Positions 19,020 through 28,857 of a stretch of DNA of 60,390 bases are shown here, in pieces (the first letter of the stretch is position 1; each line of letters starts with the position of its first letter). Source of the stretch: an uncultured Bacilli bacterium (GTDB lineage Bacteria > Bacillota_I > Bacilli_A > RF39 > UBA660); contig CALVZA010000016.1 of the NCBI GenBank assembly GCA_944372415.1, forward strand, positions 1 through 60,390, written 5' to 3'. Both the position numbers and the translations under genes were made by a program. Below the pieces are notes generated by a model, which worked only from the letters and a program-made list of their open reading frames with translations, was not told where the DNA came from and searched no databases.

Positions 19020-20084
19020 ATGAAAAAAAATTTACGTGTTTTAATAGTTTTTTTACTATGTCTAACATTTTCTGTTAAAGGAGTACAAGCTAGGAGTTAT
19101 ATAAGTGAACTTTTTCAAGCAGGAGATAAAATAAAAATAGAAAAAGAACTTAATGGTACATCATTTATTGCTGGAAATGAGGTAGATGTTAATGCTAGTA
19201 TTAATGGAATAGGTTTTTTTGCTGGAAATGAGTTAAATGTTAATGCTACACAAGAATATTTATTTGGAGTAGGAAATGATATTTCTATAAAAAAAGATAT
19301 AGAAAAAGATTTATTTTTAGCAGGTACTAATATAAAAATAAAAGATTCAAATATTAAAAGAGATGCTTATATAGCAGGTGAAACCATAGAAATAGATGGT
19401 AATGTTGATAGAAATATTTATATCTATGGTAATGAAGTGGATTTAAAAGGAGATTATAAAGGTAATGTAACTGTTTATGCTATGTCAATTAAAGTTGATA
19501 AATCTACTAATATTTCTGGAACTTTAAAATATAATAAAGATGCAAATGTAACTGGAATAAACAAAAATATTAAAACTAAATATTATGAAACAACTAAAAC
19601 AATTTCTTTCAAAGAATATTTAATTAAATTTATTTCTTCATATATTCATATAGCGGTTGTAGCAATAGTGCTAATATTTATGTTTGAAAGATTCTTTAAA
19701 AAATCTTTAAATCAAACAAAAGAAATAACTTTAAAAAATATTATAATTATTTGTGGAAAAGGTTTCCTAATATTAATAGGTGTTCCTATAATTGCAATGA
19801 TGTTATTATTTTCAGGTTTATTTATGTCAGTAGGAGTTATTGGTGGAATAATCTATGGCATATTATTATATATTGCTAATATTTTTACAGCGTATATATT
19901 GGCAAATATAATAGATAAAAAATATTTAAAAAAGAATATGAATAGTTATTTACTAATGATTATTGGTTTATTAATAATATATGTAGTATCAATAATACCT
20001 ATAATAGGTAGTCTACTATCATTTATTAGTTTAATATTCGGCTTAGGAATTGCCGGAAATATGATAATAGAATTAAAAAAATAA
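19020..20084 (+). CDS. Membrane protein: signal peptide, bactofilin-like beta-helical repeat region, C-terminal multi-TM domain
   Basis: Signal peptide LLCLTFSVKGVQA. Repeats such as FIAGNEVDVNASING, FFAGNELNVNA, YIAGETIEIDGNVD. Four or more hydrophobic segments at the C-terminus. SD is AGGAG. Confidence 0.45.
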   Translation: MKKNLRVLIVFLLCLTFSVKGVQARSYISELFQAGDKIKIEKELNGTSFIAGNEVDVNASINGIGFFAGNELNVNATQEYLFGVGNDISIKKDIEKDLFLAGTNIKIKDSNIKRDAYIAGETIEIDGNVDRNIYIYGNEVDLKGDYKGNVTVYAMSIKVDKSTNISGTLKYNKDANVTGINKNIKTKYYETTKTISFKEYLIKFISSYIHIAVVAIVLIFMFERFFKKSLNQTKEITLKNIIIICGKGFLILIGVPIIAMMLLFSGLFMSVGVIGGIIYGILLYIANIFTAYILANIIDKKYLKKNMNSYLLMIIGLLIIYVVSIIPIIGSLLSFISLIFGLGIAGNMIIELKK

Positions 20085-20101
20085 TAAAATAAGTCCAATA
20101 A

Positions 20102-20142
20102 AAAACTAATAGAGTTTAAAAATTTAACTATTAGTTTTTTTT
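20102..20142. terminator. Bidirectional terminator shared by 19020..20084 and clpB
   Basis: Arms aaaactaatag (20102-20112) and ctattagtttt (20128-20138), with T/A runs on both sides. The 3' arm overlaps the last clpB codons. Confidence 0.55.
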
Positions 20143-22247
20143 ATATAAAATTTATTATCTTTATCAACATCAATATTTATATTAGTACCATATACAATTT
20201 CATCGTTTATTAAAGCATTGGCAATTAAACTTTCTATATTTCTAGTTACATAACGCTTAATAGGTCTGGCTCCAAAATTTGGATCAAAACTATTTTCTAT
20301 AATAAATTCTTTAGCTTTTTCGCTAACAGAAAGAGTTAATTGTTTATCTCTTAAACGTAATTCAATATTTTTAATAATATTATTTAATATTTCATAAACC
20401 ACATCTTTATTTAGAGATTTAAATGTTATAATTTCATCAATTCTATTAATAAATTCAGGTTTAAAAGTATGTTTAACACATTCATTAACTTTATCTAAAT
20501 AATCTTTATCGTTATTTAGAATATATTCACTACCTAAATTACTTGTCATAATTATAATAGTATTTTTAAAATCTACTGTTCTACCTTGACCATCAGTAAT
20601 ACGTCCGTCATCTAAAATCTGTAATAAAATGTTAAATACATCTCTATGTGCTTTTTCAATTTCATCAAACAAAACTATACTATAAGGATTGCGTCTAACT
20701 GCTTCAGTAAGTTGTCCACCTTCATCATATCCAACATATCCAGGAGGAGCCCCCACTAAACGAGATACAGAATGACTCTCCATATATTCGCTCATATCAA
20801 TTCTTATCATATGCTTTTCATCATCAAAAAGTTCATATGCAAGAGTTCTTGCAACTTCTGTTTTACCAACACCTGTCGGACCTAGAAACATAAACGAACC
20901 AATTGGTCTATTAGGGTCCTTAATTCCAGCTCTAGCTCTTTTAATTGCCTCACTAATAAGCCTTAAAGCTTCATCTTGTCCCTTAACTCTTTTTTTCATA
21001 TTATCATATAAATTGATTAACTTATCTCTTTCACCACCAACTAATTTAGAAATAGGAATATTAGTCCACTTAGAAATTATTTTTGCTATAGACTCATCAT
21101 CTACTACATCACTTAAAATACTTCTTGTATTGCTATTATTTAAATCTTCAAGTTCTCGTTTTAAAGCAGGAATTATTCCATGACGCAATTTAGCAGCAGT
21201 TTCTAAATCATAGTTGTTTTCTGCAACTTCTAATTCATAATTTTTACGTTCTATTTCTTCTTTTTTCTTACTTATTTTATCATTAATAATCTTTTCGTTT
21301 TCCCAGTCAGTTCGCAATTTATTTTCATTAACTTTTAATTCTTCTAGTTTTTTATCAATTTCTATAACTCTATTTTTGCTTAATTCATCTTTTTCGCGTT
21401 TTAAAGCCTGCTTTTCAATTTCTAATTGCATAATTTTTCTTGATAAAGTATCTAGTTCAACAGGAACAGATTCCATTTGAACTTTAATAGTAGCGCAAGC
21501 CTCATCTACTAAATCAATTGCTTTATCAGGTAAAAATCTACTAGTTATATATCTATCAGATAAAGTAGCCGCTGCAACTAATGCTTTATCTTTAATTGTT
21601 ACACCGTGATATACTTCAAATCTATTTTTTAAACCACGTAAAATTGTTATAGTATCTAATACAGTTGGCTCACTAACTTGTATTTTTTGAAATCTTCTTT
21701 CTAACGCTCCATCTTTTTCAATGTATTTTCTATATTCATTTAATGTTGTTGCTCCGATACAATGAATTTCACCTCTTGCAAGCATTGGCTTTAGCATAAT
21801 TCCAGCATCCATTGCACCTTCTAACGCTCCAGCACCAACAATCATATGAATCTCATCAATAAATAAAATAATTTCGCCATTGCTATCTTTAATTTCTTTT
21901 AAAATAGCTTTTAATCTTTCTTCAAATTCTCCACGATATTTAGCACCCGCAACTAATGCACCCATGTCTAGTTCCCAAATATGTTTATCTTTTAAACTGT
22001 TAGGGACATCCCCTTTAACGATTCTTAGTGCAAGCCCTTCAACAATTGCTGTTTTACCAACTCCTGGTTCACCAATTAAAACCGGATTATTTTTCGTTTT
22101 TCTTGATAATACTCTTGTTATATTACGTATTTCTTCATCTCTTCCTATAACAGGCTCTATTTTGCCATCCATAGCAAGTTTAACTATGTCACGTCCGTAC
22201 TTTTCAAGCGGTTTTTTTAAATTTTCTTCATAAGGATTTTGTTCCAT
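20124..22247 (-). CDS. clpB: ClpB-type AAA+ disaggregase lacking the N-terminal domain
   Basis: Two AAA modules ([15 protein letters not shown]; [15 protein letters not shown]) separated by a long coiled-coil M-domain. The protein begins about 14 aa before LEKYGRDI...VIGRDEEI, so there is no Clp-N domain. The start was moved to ATG 22247 (MEQNPYEE), 7 nt after AAGGGAG. Confidence 0.9.
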   Translation of the reverse strand: MEQNPYEENLKKPLEKYGRDIVKLAMDGKIEPVIGRDEEIRNITRVLSRKTKNNPVLIGEPGVGKTAIVEGLALRIVKGDVPNSLKDKHIWELDMGALVAGAKYRGEFEERLKAILKEIKDSNGEIILFIDEIHMIVGAGALEGAMDAGIMLKPMLARGEIHCIGATTLNEYRKYIEKDGALERRFQKIQVSEPTVLDTITILRGLKNRFEVYHGVTIKDKALVAAATLSDRYITSRFLPDKAIDLVDEACATIKVQMESVPVELDTLSRKIMQLEIEKQALKREKDELSKNRVIEIDKKLEELKVNENKLRTDWENEKIINDKISKKKEEIERKNYELEVAENNYDLETAAKLRHGIIPALKRELEDLNNSNTRSILSDVVDDESIAKIISKWTNIPISKLVGGERDKLINLYDNMKKRVKGQDEALRLISEAIKRARAGIKDPNRPIGSFMFLGPTGVGKTEVARTLAYELFDDEKHMIRIDMSEYMESHSVSRLVGAPPGYVGYDEGGQLTEAVRRNPYSIVLFDEIEKAHRDVFNILLQILDDGRITDGQGRTVDFKNTIIIMTSNLGSEYILNNDKDYLDKVNECVKHTFKPEFINRIDEIITFKSLNKDVVYEILNNIIKNIELRLRDKQLTLSVSEKAKEFIIENSFDPNFGARPIKRYVTRNIESLIANALINDEIVYGTNINIDVDKDNKFYIKKTNS

Positions 22248-22272
22248 ATTAACACTCCCTTTCATATATACA

Positions 22273-22300
22273 ATTATACACAATAATTAGCACTTGTCAA
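22273..22300 (-). promoter_or_regulatory. clpB promoter
   Basis: On the minus strand: TTGACA (22300-22295), 16 nt spacer, TATAAT (22278-22273). The -35 box lies inside the CIRCE spacer. Confidence 0.6.
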
Positions 22301-22313
22301 CATAAAGTGCTAA
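22287..22313 (-). promoter_or_regulatory. CIRCE operator (HrcA binding site)
   Basis: TTAGCACTT-N9-AAGTGCTAA is a perfect 9-bp inverted repeat. It differs at one position per arm from the consensus TTAGCACTC-N9-GAGTGCTAA. Confidence 0.85.
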
Positions 22314-22366
22314 TTAAAAACTTTTAGTAATATTTTAAAAAGGATTTAACTAATAGTAGAAAAAAA

Positions 22367-22394
22367 TTGACATTTTACCAACATATGGTAAGAT
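22367..22394 (+). promoter_or_regulatory. Candidate promoter of the TetR-family gene
   Basis: TTGACA (22367-22372), 16 nt spacer, TAAGAT with TGG upstream. The inverted repeat ATAACA-ct-TGTTAT at 22404-22417 downstream is a possible operator. Confidence 0.45.
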
Positions 22395-22434
22395 TAATAT
22401 GTGATAACACTTGTTATTTAAAGGGGAGATAAAT

Positions 22435-23022
22435 ATGAGTGCAGTAACAAAAATAAAAAAAGAAGACCTAGTTAAAGGAGCAATAAAAATAATAAGAACA
22501 AAAGGCATTGAAGAATTATCAGCAAGAAACTTAGCTAAAGTTGCTAATTGTTCAACACAACCAATTTTTAGATTATTTGAAAATATGGATGATTTAAAAA
22601 ATACCGTATATAATGATGTATACGAAATACAAAATAAATACTTAACAAATGGTATAAATCATCAAGTCCCATTTATTGGTATAGGACTATCTTATATAGA
22701 ATTTGCAAACAAAGAAAAAAATTTGTTTAAATTTCTATTTATGTCATCTAATTCAAAATATAATAATATTTTGAATATGGCAGAAAATGAAACTGGTCAA
22801 AAATATACAGAAATGATAATGAAATCAACTGGCTTAAGTTATGAATCATCAAAACAAATATATATAAATACTTGGTTAATAATTCATGGTATTGCATCTA
22901 TGATGGCAACTACTAATTGTGAATTAACTATTAAAGAAATAGAAACTATAATTTTTGATGCATTCAAAGGTTATAGACAAGTATTAATGAATAAAGAATT
23001 AAATAACAAATACAAAAAATAA
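22435..23022 (+). CDS. TetR/AcrR-family transcriptional regulator
   Basis: N-terminal HTH ELSARNLAKVANCSTQPIFRLFENMDDL. The start was moved to ATG 22435 (MSAVTK), preceded by GGGGAG. Confidence 0.75.
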   Translation: MSAVTKIKKEDLVKGAIKIIRTKGIEELSARNLAKVANCSTQPIFRLFENMDDLKNTVYNDVYEIQNKYLTNGINHQVPFIGIGLSYIEFANKEKNLFKFLFMSSNSKYNNILNMAENETGQKYTEMIMKSTGLSYESSKQIYINTWLIIHGIASMMATTNCELTIKEIETIIFDAFKGYRQVLMNKELNNKYKK

Positions 23023-23080
23023 TTTTATTTGTTATTTTTTTTAATATTTGTTAATATAAGCAGTGAGTAGAGGAAAAAGT

Positions 23081-23776
23081 ATGAAGAAACAAGAAAAATT
23101 AAAAATATTATATGAAGACAAATACCTAATAGTAGTTTCTAAACCTGCTGGACTGCTTACAATAAGTACGAATAAAGAACATAATAAAACTTTATATAGA
23201 CAAGTATCAGATTATGTAAAAAAACAGCATAAATCAAATAAAATATTTATAGTTCATAGATTAGATAAAGATACTAGTGGAATAGTTCTATTTGCCAAAA
23301 ATGAATTAATAAAAAGAAAATTACAACAAAATTGGGAAAAATTTAAACGAAGTTATGTAGCATTAGTAGAAGGTAAAGTTAATAATAAAGGTACAATAAA
23401 AAATTATTTAAAAGAAACAAAAACTTTACACACTTATATAACAAATGATAAAACAAGAGGAAAGTTAGCAATAACTAACTATAAACCAATAAAAATATCT
23501 AAAGAATATAGTTTATTAAGTATAGATATACTAACAGGAAGAAAAAATCAAATTAGAGTACATATGTCTAGCATTAATCACCCAATAGTAGGAGATAAAA
23601 AATACGGAAGTACAAAAAATCCAATTAGGAGAATGACATTACATTCAACATATTTAGAATTCATTCATCCAATTTCTAATAAAAAAATAGAAATTTTAGA
23701 TAAATACCCAAATATATTTGACAAACTAATTGATAACTATTCTGGAAATATAGACAATAAAAAAATAAAATGTTAA
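23081..23776 (+). CDS. RluA-family pseudouridine synthase (no S4 domain)
   Basis: Catalytic motif HRLDKDTSGIVLFAK, and GRKNQIRVHM. The start was moved to ATG 23081, preceded by GAGGAAA. Confidence 0.85.
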   Translation: MKKQEKLKILYEDKYLIVVSKPAGLLTISTNKEHNKTLYRQVSDYVKKQHKSNKIFIVHRLDKDTSGIVLFAKNELIKRKLQQNWEKFKRSYVALVEGKVNNKGTIKNYLKETKTLHTYITNDKTRGKLAITNYKPIKISKEYSLLSIDILTGRKNQIRVHMSSINHPIVGDKKYGSTKNPIRRMTLHSTYLEFIHPISNKKIEILDKYPNIFDKLIDNYSGNIDNKKIKC

Positions 23777-23812
23777 AATAATCGTAGAATAGAAAGTTTT
23801 AGGAGGAATATT

Positions 23813-24094
23813 ATGAAATTTAAGTTAGAAGACGTTTTAACTATTAAAGGTGAAAAATATACAGTTTTAAACAGCATCTTATATGAAGGAAAAGATTATA
23901 TATTTACTAATAAAGTAAAAAATGATGAACCATCAGATATATTTATGGCTTTTGAAGTTGTTGATGGAGGAGTTTGCGAAGTAAAAAACGAAAAAATATT
24001 AGAAAGAATACTACCTATATTTTCTAATAACGTTCAAAAAATTATAAATAAAATGAAAACTGAAGAAAAATTTAATATAGGTCAGGAGAATTAA
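23813..24094 (+). CDS. DUF1292-like small protein, paralogue 1
   Basis: The core GEKYTVLNSILYEGKDYIFTNKV...DIFMAFEVV aligns with the two downstream paralogues. SD is AGGAGG. The stop lies 1 nt before the next ATG. Confidence 0.6.
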   Translation: MKFKLEDVLTIKGEKYTVLNSILYEGKDYIFTNKVKNDEPSDIFMAFEVVDGGVCEVKNEKILERILPIFSNNVQKIINKMKTEEKFNIGQEN

Positions 24095-24095
24095 T

Positions 24096-26456
24096 ATGAG
24101 ATTAGATGAATTAAAAACAAGTTATATTAACGATTATTCAAAGTATATAAAAAGTGAAGGAAACAGTTTTGACGTAAATGATTTTGATAATTTAATACGT
24201 GAATTAAAAGGAGAAAGAACATTTAATCTATTTGGAAGCGAATATCAATTTATAAAAGATTTTGAATTATTACCTGACGAACCAACAATTGATTATAGTT
24301 TGACTGACGATGATATAGATGAAATATTAGTTGGTATTTATGAAAATTTATCAGGCGAATTACAAAAAAACTACTTAGAAGAAATGTTGAATCACACAAA
24401 AGATATTCCATATAAAACTTCTGAATACTTTGAAAAATTAAAAAACGAAATACAACAAGAAATTGAAATAAATAATACTGATAATGATACTGAAAACAAT
24501 GATTTAGAAGAAGAAAACGATATGGATTTTGACACATACGATAATGAAGAAGAACTAGACTCAGTTGAAGAAGAAAATAAGACTGAGGAAGAAGAAAAAA
24601 TTGAAGAAGCGACTGAATTAGACTTAAATGTAGATGGTCCAGAAATAACAAAATATAAAAATGAAACAGAAGAATTAAAAGAAAAATTAGCAGAATTAGA
24701 AAAAAACTTAGAAGAACTACATCCTAAAGAAGAAACAGAATTTGGAGAAATAATAGAAAATTTAATTGATGAAGTTAATTCAAATAATAAAAAAAATGAT
24801 GAATTACAGGAAAAATTAATAAATGCAGAAAATAATTTACAATATTACGAAAGACAAAGACAAAATTATAGTAATGAATATAATTTAAATGATGAACAAA
24901 AAAAACAATTATTAGATAAAGATGGATTAGAAACTGCAAAAGTAATAAAAGCAATGGACTTAAAAATAGAAGAACAGAAATCAATAGTAGAAAACCTAAA
25001 AAAAGAAGTAGCAGATTCAATAATTAATAATGAGCAAATTAAATATCATAATGTAGATGTATGGAAACTTAGAAACTTTTATGAAAAAGAAATACAAAAA
25101 TTAAAAGATACTTTAGAAGCTATAAGTAATAAAGGTAACGAATATTATAAAGAAAATAAAGGTATACCTTATGAATTCCATAGAATGACAGATGATTTAA
25201 ATAAAATGGTACTTGATATGGAAACAACATTAAATGAAAAATGTGGAATTAGAAGTTGGATAAATATAAAAGATTCAGAAAATAAGGTTTTAATAGAAAA
25301 AATAAAAGAAAGTAGAGAACTTAATAATAATACTAAACAAGAAATAAAAGAAAATTTTAATATTGAAGTAGAAGAAAAAAATTCTGATTTAGAAAATCAA
25401 ATAAATGATTTAAAGAATGATATAGAAAAAAGAGAACAAAATATAAAAACTTATTATGAATGTTTAGAATTAATAAAATCATTAAACAAAGATTTAGATA
25501 ATGGTTTAGATATGGAAAGTGAAGAATTTATATCTAAAGTTGAAAATATAGATAAAAGTAAAATAAGTTTACCAGAAAATTTAAAAAATGAATTAGATAA
25601 TTATTTAAGAAAAGTTATAGATAATCATAGAATAAAAAAACAAGAACCAATACCAGTAGAAAATGTAGAGAAAAACCCAAAATTAACATGGAAAACTTTC
25701 ACATGGTTAGCAGCTGGATTGGGACTAGGTGCAGTGGTAGGATTTACTGTTGGACCAGTAGGATTAGTTGTAGGAAACTTTGCTATAGCTGGCGCTAAAA
25801 TATATGTTAACAAATTAAGAAAAAAAGTTAGAGAAAAAAGATTGAATGGTGAAAATGAAATAGTCGCTATAGAACAACCTGACAACAAATTAAAAGCTAC
25901 AATGCAAAAATTTAAAAACTATATAAAATCAGAAGAAGGATTAAGAGATATATCATGGGGATTAACTGGAGGAGTAATAGGACTTAACCTAGGACATCTA
26001 GGAAAAAATATAATGGATGCACAACAAGTTGCAAATACAACTGTTCAAGAAGCACCAACTCCAACAGCTGAGCCAACTCCAGATTTAACGTCAGAAACGG
26101 TAACATCTTCTAATCAATACTCAGATATAAAAATAGGAGAAAATGTTGGAGAGTTTAATGTTGAAGTTGGACATGATAGTGCTAACTGGGCAGTAAATGG
26201 TACAAATGCAGAAAATTTAATCGGTGAATATGTTAATGGAGATTCTGTATTCCAAAGATTTGCGGTTATGAATCCAGATGGAAGTATTAATCAAATAATA
26301 AATAGTAATGGAGTATCAATTAATGACCTTATAAATAGCGGAATAGATCCTAGCACGATTGCTGTAGATGTTGGAAAAAATGGAATATCTCAAGCATGGG
26401 TAAATATTTCTGAATTAACTAAAGATATTTCAAGTATAGGAAGGGGATTGCATTAA
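24096..26456 (+). CDS. Large acidic coiled-coil membrane protein of unknown function
   Basis: About 530 aa are rich in E/K/N heptad-like sequence, with a poly-acidic tract (DNDTENNDLEEENDMDFDTYDNEEELDSVEEENKTEEEEKIEE). A Gly-rich hydrophobic segment follows (WLAAGLGLGAVVGFTVGPVGLVVGNFAIAGAKIYV), then a second one (ISWGLTGGVIGLNLGHLG), a Pro/Thr linker and a C-terminal domain of about 150 aa. SD is AGGAG. Confidence 0.6.
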   Translation: MRLDELKTSYINDYSKYIKSEGNSFDVNDFDNLIRELKGERTFNLFGSEYQFIKDFELLPDEPTIDYSLTDDDIDEILVGIYENLSGELQKNYLEEMLNHTKDIPYKTSEYFEKLKNEIQQEIEINNTDNDTENNDLEEENDMDFDTYDNEEELDSVEEENKTEEEEKIEEATELDLNVDGPEITKYKNETEELKEKLAELEKNLEELHPKEETEFGEIIENLIDEVNSNNKKNDELQEKLINAENNLQYYERQRQNYSNEYNLNDEQKKQLLDKDGLETAKVIKAMDLKIEEQKSIVENLKKEVADSIINNEQIKYHNVDVWKLRNFYEKEIQKLKDTLEAISNKGNEYYKENKGIPYEFHRMTDDLNKMVLDMETTLNEKCGIRSWINIKDSENKVLIEKIKESRELNNNTKQEIKENFNIEVEEKNSDLENQINDLKNDIEKREQNIKTYYECLELIKSLNKDLDNGLDMESEEFISKVENIDKSKISLPENLKNELDNYLRKVIDNHRIKKQEPIPVENVEKNPKLTWKTFTWLAAGLGLGAVVGFTVGPVGLVVGNFAIAGAKIYVNKLRKKVREKRLNGENEIVAIEQPDNKLKATMQKFKNYIKSEEGLRDISWGLTGGVIGLNLGHLGKNIMDAQQVANTTVQEAPTPTAEPTPDLTSETVTSSNQYSDIKIGENVGEFNVEVGHDSANWAVNGTNAENLIGEYVNGDSVFQRFAVMNPDGSINQIINSNGVSINDLINSGIDPSTIAVDVGKNGISQAWVNISELTKDISSIGRGLH

Positions 26457-26704
26457 TGAAAGATTATGTTATAAAATTAGCTAATAATGCAAAAGCATAT
26501 GTACTTGATGAATTAGAATATAAAAATAAAAAATATATTTTTGCTGTAGAACTTGATAGTAATGATGAACCTATTCAAAGTAATGTTCATGTGCTAGAAG
26601 TAGTAATAAATGGTAATACTTTAACAACAAAAACAATTGAAGATTTTGAAGTTGCAAGTGTAGTAAATAATTTGTTTTTAACTAGAGTGGCAACTCAAGA
26701 TTAA
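26456..26704 (+). CDS. DUF1292-like small protein, paralogue 2
   Basis: AKAYVLDELEYKNKKYIFAVELDSNDEP...VHVLEVV. The ATG overlaps the preceding stop (TAATG). Confidence 0.6.
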   Translation: MKDYVIKLANNAKAYVLDELEYKNKKYIFAVELDSNDEPIQSNVHVLEVVINGNTLTTKTIEDFEVASVVNNLFLTRVATQD

Positions 26705-26718
26705 TAAGGAGCTATTAT

Positions 26719-26997
26719 ATGGAAAAAGATACAATAATTACATTAGAAGATAATGCTGAATATGCGCTATTAGATGAAACTACTGTAGATAACAAAAAAT
26801 ATTTTTTCGCAGTAAAAATTGATAAAGAAACTGGAAATCCAACAAAAGAATTTGAAGTGTTTGAAGAAGAAAAAGACGGTGATGATATCTATATGAACAC
26901 AGTAGAAGAAAGTGATTTCAAACAAGCAATATTAGTAGACTTTACCAATAACTATATGAAAATAGTTAATAGTTTTGTAGAAAATGAAGACAAATAG
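26719..26997 (+). CDS. DUF1292-like small protein, paralogue 3
   Basis: IITLEDNAEYALLDETTVDNKKYFFAVKIDKETGNPTKEFEVFEEEKDGDDIYMNTVEESDF fits the DUF1292 pattern as I remember it (xLxDExGxExxFxxLDxxxxxGKxYxxL...ED). SD is AAGGAG. Confidence 0.6.
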   Translation: MEKDTIITLEDNAEYALLDETTVDNKKYFFAVKIDKETGNPTKEFEVFEEEKDGDDIYMNTVEESDFKQAILVDFTNNYMKIVNSFVENEDK

Positions 26998-27010
26998 TTT
27001 TCATTTTTTT
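26981..27010 (+). terminator. Weak AT-rich terminator hairpin after the DUF1292 module
   Basis: Arms aaaatgaa (26981-26988) and ttcatttt (27000-27007), followed by ttt. Confidence 0.35.
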
Positions 27011-27097
27011 ATATTTGTTAAAAAATTGTAAATAATATATATAAATAATAGATAAAAATAAGTTTTATAGTATAATAATTACAAGGAAGTGGAACTT

Positions 27098-28138
27098 ATG
27101 AATATAACTGTAAATGGAGTAAATATATTTTATATCATATTAATAACGTTTGTTTCATCTCTAATATTAGTACCACTAATAAGAGATATAGCAATTCATA
27201 TAAATGCAATAGATATACCTAATAAAAGAAAAATACATAAAAAACCAATGCCAAGATTAGGAGGTCTAGCAATATTTTTATCATTTTTAGTTGGTTATAT
27301 GTTTTTTGCACCTCTAACGACACAAATGATTTCAATACTTATAAGTAGTTTTTTAATAATATTATTAGGAATTATAGACGATATTAACCCATTAAAAGCA
27401 TCAACAAAATTATGGGGTCAACTATTAGTAGCAATTATATTAGTATTTTTTGGAAATATATATATAAATGAACTTACCATATTAGGAATGAACATAAACT
27501 TAGGACTATGGGCATATCCAATATCTATATTTATAATAGTGGCTTGCATAAATTCAATAAATTTAATTGATGGCCTTGATGGATTAGCTGCTGGTACAAG
27601 TTCCATTTATTTCATAACAATTATAGTAATATCAATATTATTAGGAAGAATTGATAATTTAGGTTTTATATTATGCTTAATAACACTAGGAGCAACATTA
27701 GGATTCTTATATTATAACTTTAATCCAGCATCTATATTTATGGGAGATACAGGAAGCATGTTTTTGGGATTTATGATAGCGGTAGTGGCATTATTAGGAT
27801 TTAAAACTGCAACATTAACATCTTTCATGATTCCTATTTTAATACTATTTATCCCAATACTTGATACCTTACTTGCTATACTTAGAAGATTAATAAAAGG
27901 AGAGTCAATTGGGAAACCCGATAAAGAACATGTACATTTCCAATTATTAAATAAAACTTCATCAGTAAAAAAAACAGTATTAATAATTTATTTTATAAAT
28001 GCACTATTTAGTGCAGTATCAGTATTATATGGAATAGGAATGGCAGATTTAGCAATATTATTATATTTATTATTAATGGTAGTAGTAATAATATTTATAT
28101 TTAAAACAGATATACTTTATAAACACAAAGACAAATAA
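27098..28138 (+). CDS. tagO: Undecaprenyl-phosphate GlcNAc-1-phosphate transferase (TagO/WecA, MraY-like family)
   Basis: Polytopic protein with IIDDINPL, NLIDGLDGLAAG and FMGDTGSMFLGF motifs. The start was moved to ATG 27098, 8 nt after AAGGAAG. Confidence 0.8.
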   Translation: MNITVNGVNIFYIILITFVSSLILVPLIRDIAIHINAIDIPNKRKIHKKPMPRLGGLAIFLSFLVGYMFFAPLTTQMISILISSFLIILLGIIDDINPLKASTKLWGQLLVAIILVFFGNIYINELTILGMNINLGLWAYPISIFIIVACINSINLIDGLDGLAAGTSSIYFITIIVISILLGRIDNLGFILCLITLGATLGFLYYNFNPASIFMGDTGSMFLGFMIAVVALLGFKTATLTSFMIPILILFIPILDTLLAILRRLIKGESIGKPDKEHVHFQLLNKTSSVKKTVLIIYFINALFSAVSVLYGIGMADLAILLYLLLMVVVIIFIFKTDILYKHKDK

Positions 28139-28176
28139 AACTTTGTCTTTTTAAATATAATATTAATAGGTGATAT

Positions 28177-28797
28177 ATGAAAAATATAGTTGGTATAATA
28201 CCAAGTACTTTAGGATTAAATAGTATAAACTTATTTGATTACAAATATTATGTACAAAAAACATATATAGATAGAATAAAAAAATCAAATGGTATCCCAA
28301 TAATTATTCCACCAACAAATAATAAATTAGATAAAAATATTTTAAAACTCTGTAATAGCTTTCTAATAATTGGAGGAAAATATATTCATAGATATCATTT
28401 TGAAATAATAGATTATGCAATAAAAAATAATAAAAAACTTTTAGGAATATGTATGGGTATGCAAGCAATAGCAATGTATTCCAATAATGATTTAAAAGAA
28501 AAAACTCTTTATAAAGTAAAAGGACATTACAATGATAATATCACAAAAAATAATGAATTATTAATTCATAAAGTAAAAATAAACAATAATTCACTATTAT
28601 CTAAAATATTAGGTACAGAAATAAATACAAATAGTGTTCATAACTATGCAATAAAAAAAGTATCATCCCCATTTAAAATAGTTGGAGAGTCTAATGAAAT
28701 AATAGAAGCAATAGAATATAAAAATGTTATTGGAGTGCAATTTCATCCAGAACTAATGAATAGTACAGATAAATTATTTAAATGGCTATCAAGTTAA
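28177..28797 (+). CDS. Class-I glutamine amidotransferase-like / peptidase C26 (gamma-glutamyl hydrolase family)
   Basis: Nucleophile elbow LLGICMGMQ and the His-Glu context GVQFHPE. Confidence 0.7.
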   Translation: MKNIVGIIPSTLGLNSINLFDYKYYVQKTYIDRIKKSNGIPIIIPPTNNKLDKNILKLCNSFLIIGGKYIHRYHFEIIDYAIKNNKKLLGICMGMQAIAMYSNNDLKEKTLYKVKGHYNDNITKNNELLIHKVKINNNSLLSKILGTEINTNSVHNYAIKKVSSPFKIVGESNEIIEAIEYKNVIGVQFHPELMNSTDKLFKWLSS

Positions 28798-28857
28798 ATA
28801 ATTTATTTTTCTTTTTTTTATTAAACAAATATACTATAATAATTACAGGTGTTATAT

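Noticed and set aside
22248-22283. Upstream start codons proposed by the ORF track: clpB 22283, TetR 22411, RluA 23063, TagO 27089, GT4 28849, GtrB-2 45327, YfhO 46291, TarI 49181, HAD-GtrA 57386, deacetylase 4882, MurL-like 1412.
   Set aside because: In each case a downstream ATG sits 6-9 nt after a clear GGAG/AGGTG-type SD. The upstream codon lacks one, or overlaps the SD, the promoter or the CIRCE element.
28177-28797. The peptidase C26/GATase-like gene between tagO and the glycosyltransferase operon, considered as a dedicated glycopolymer-modifying enzyme.
   Set aside because: Only the generic nucleophile elbow and His-Glu motifs are visible. Nothing in the sequence ties it to the polymer pathway beyond position, so it is left as a plain family-level annotation.
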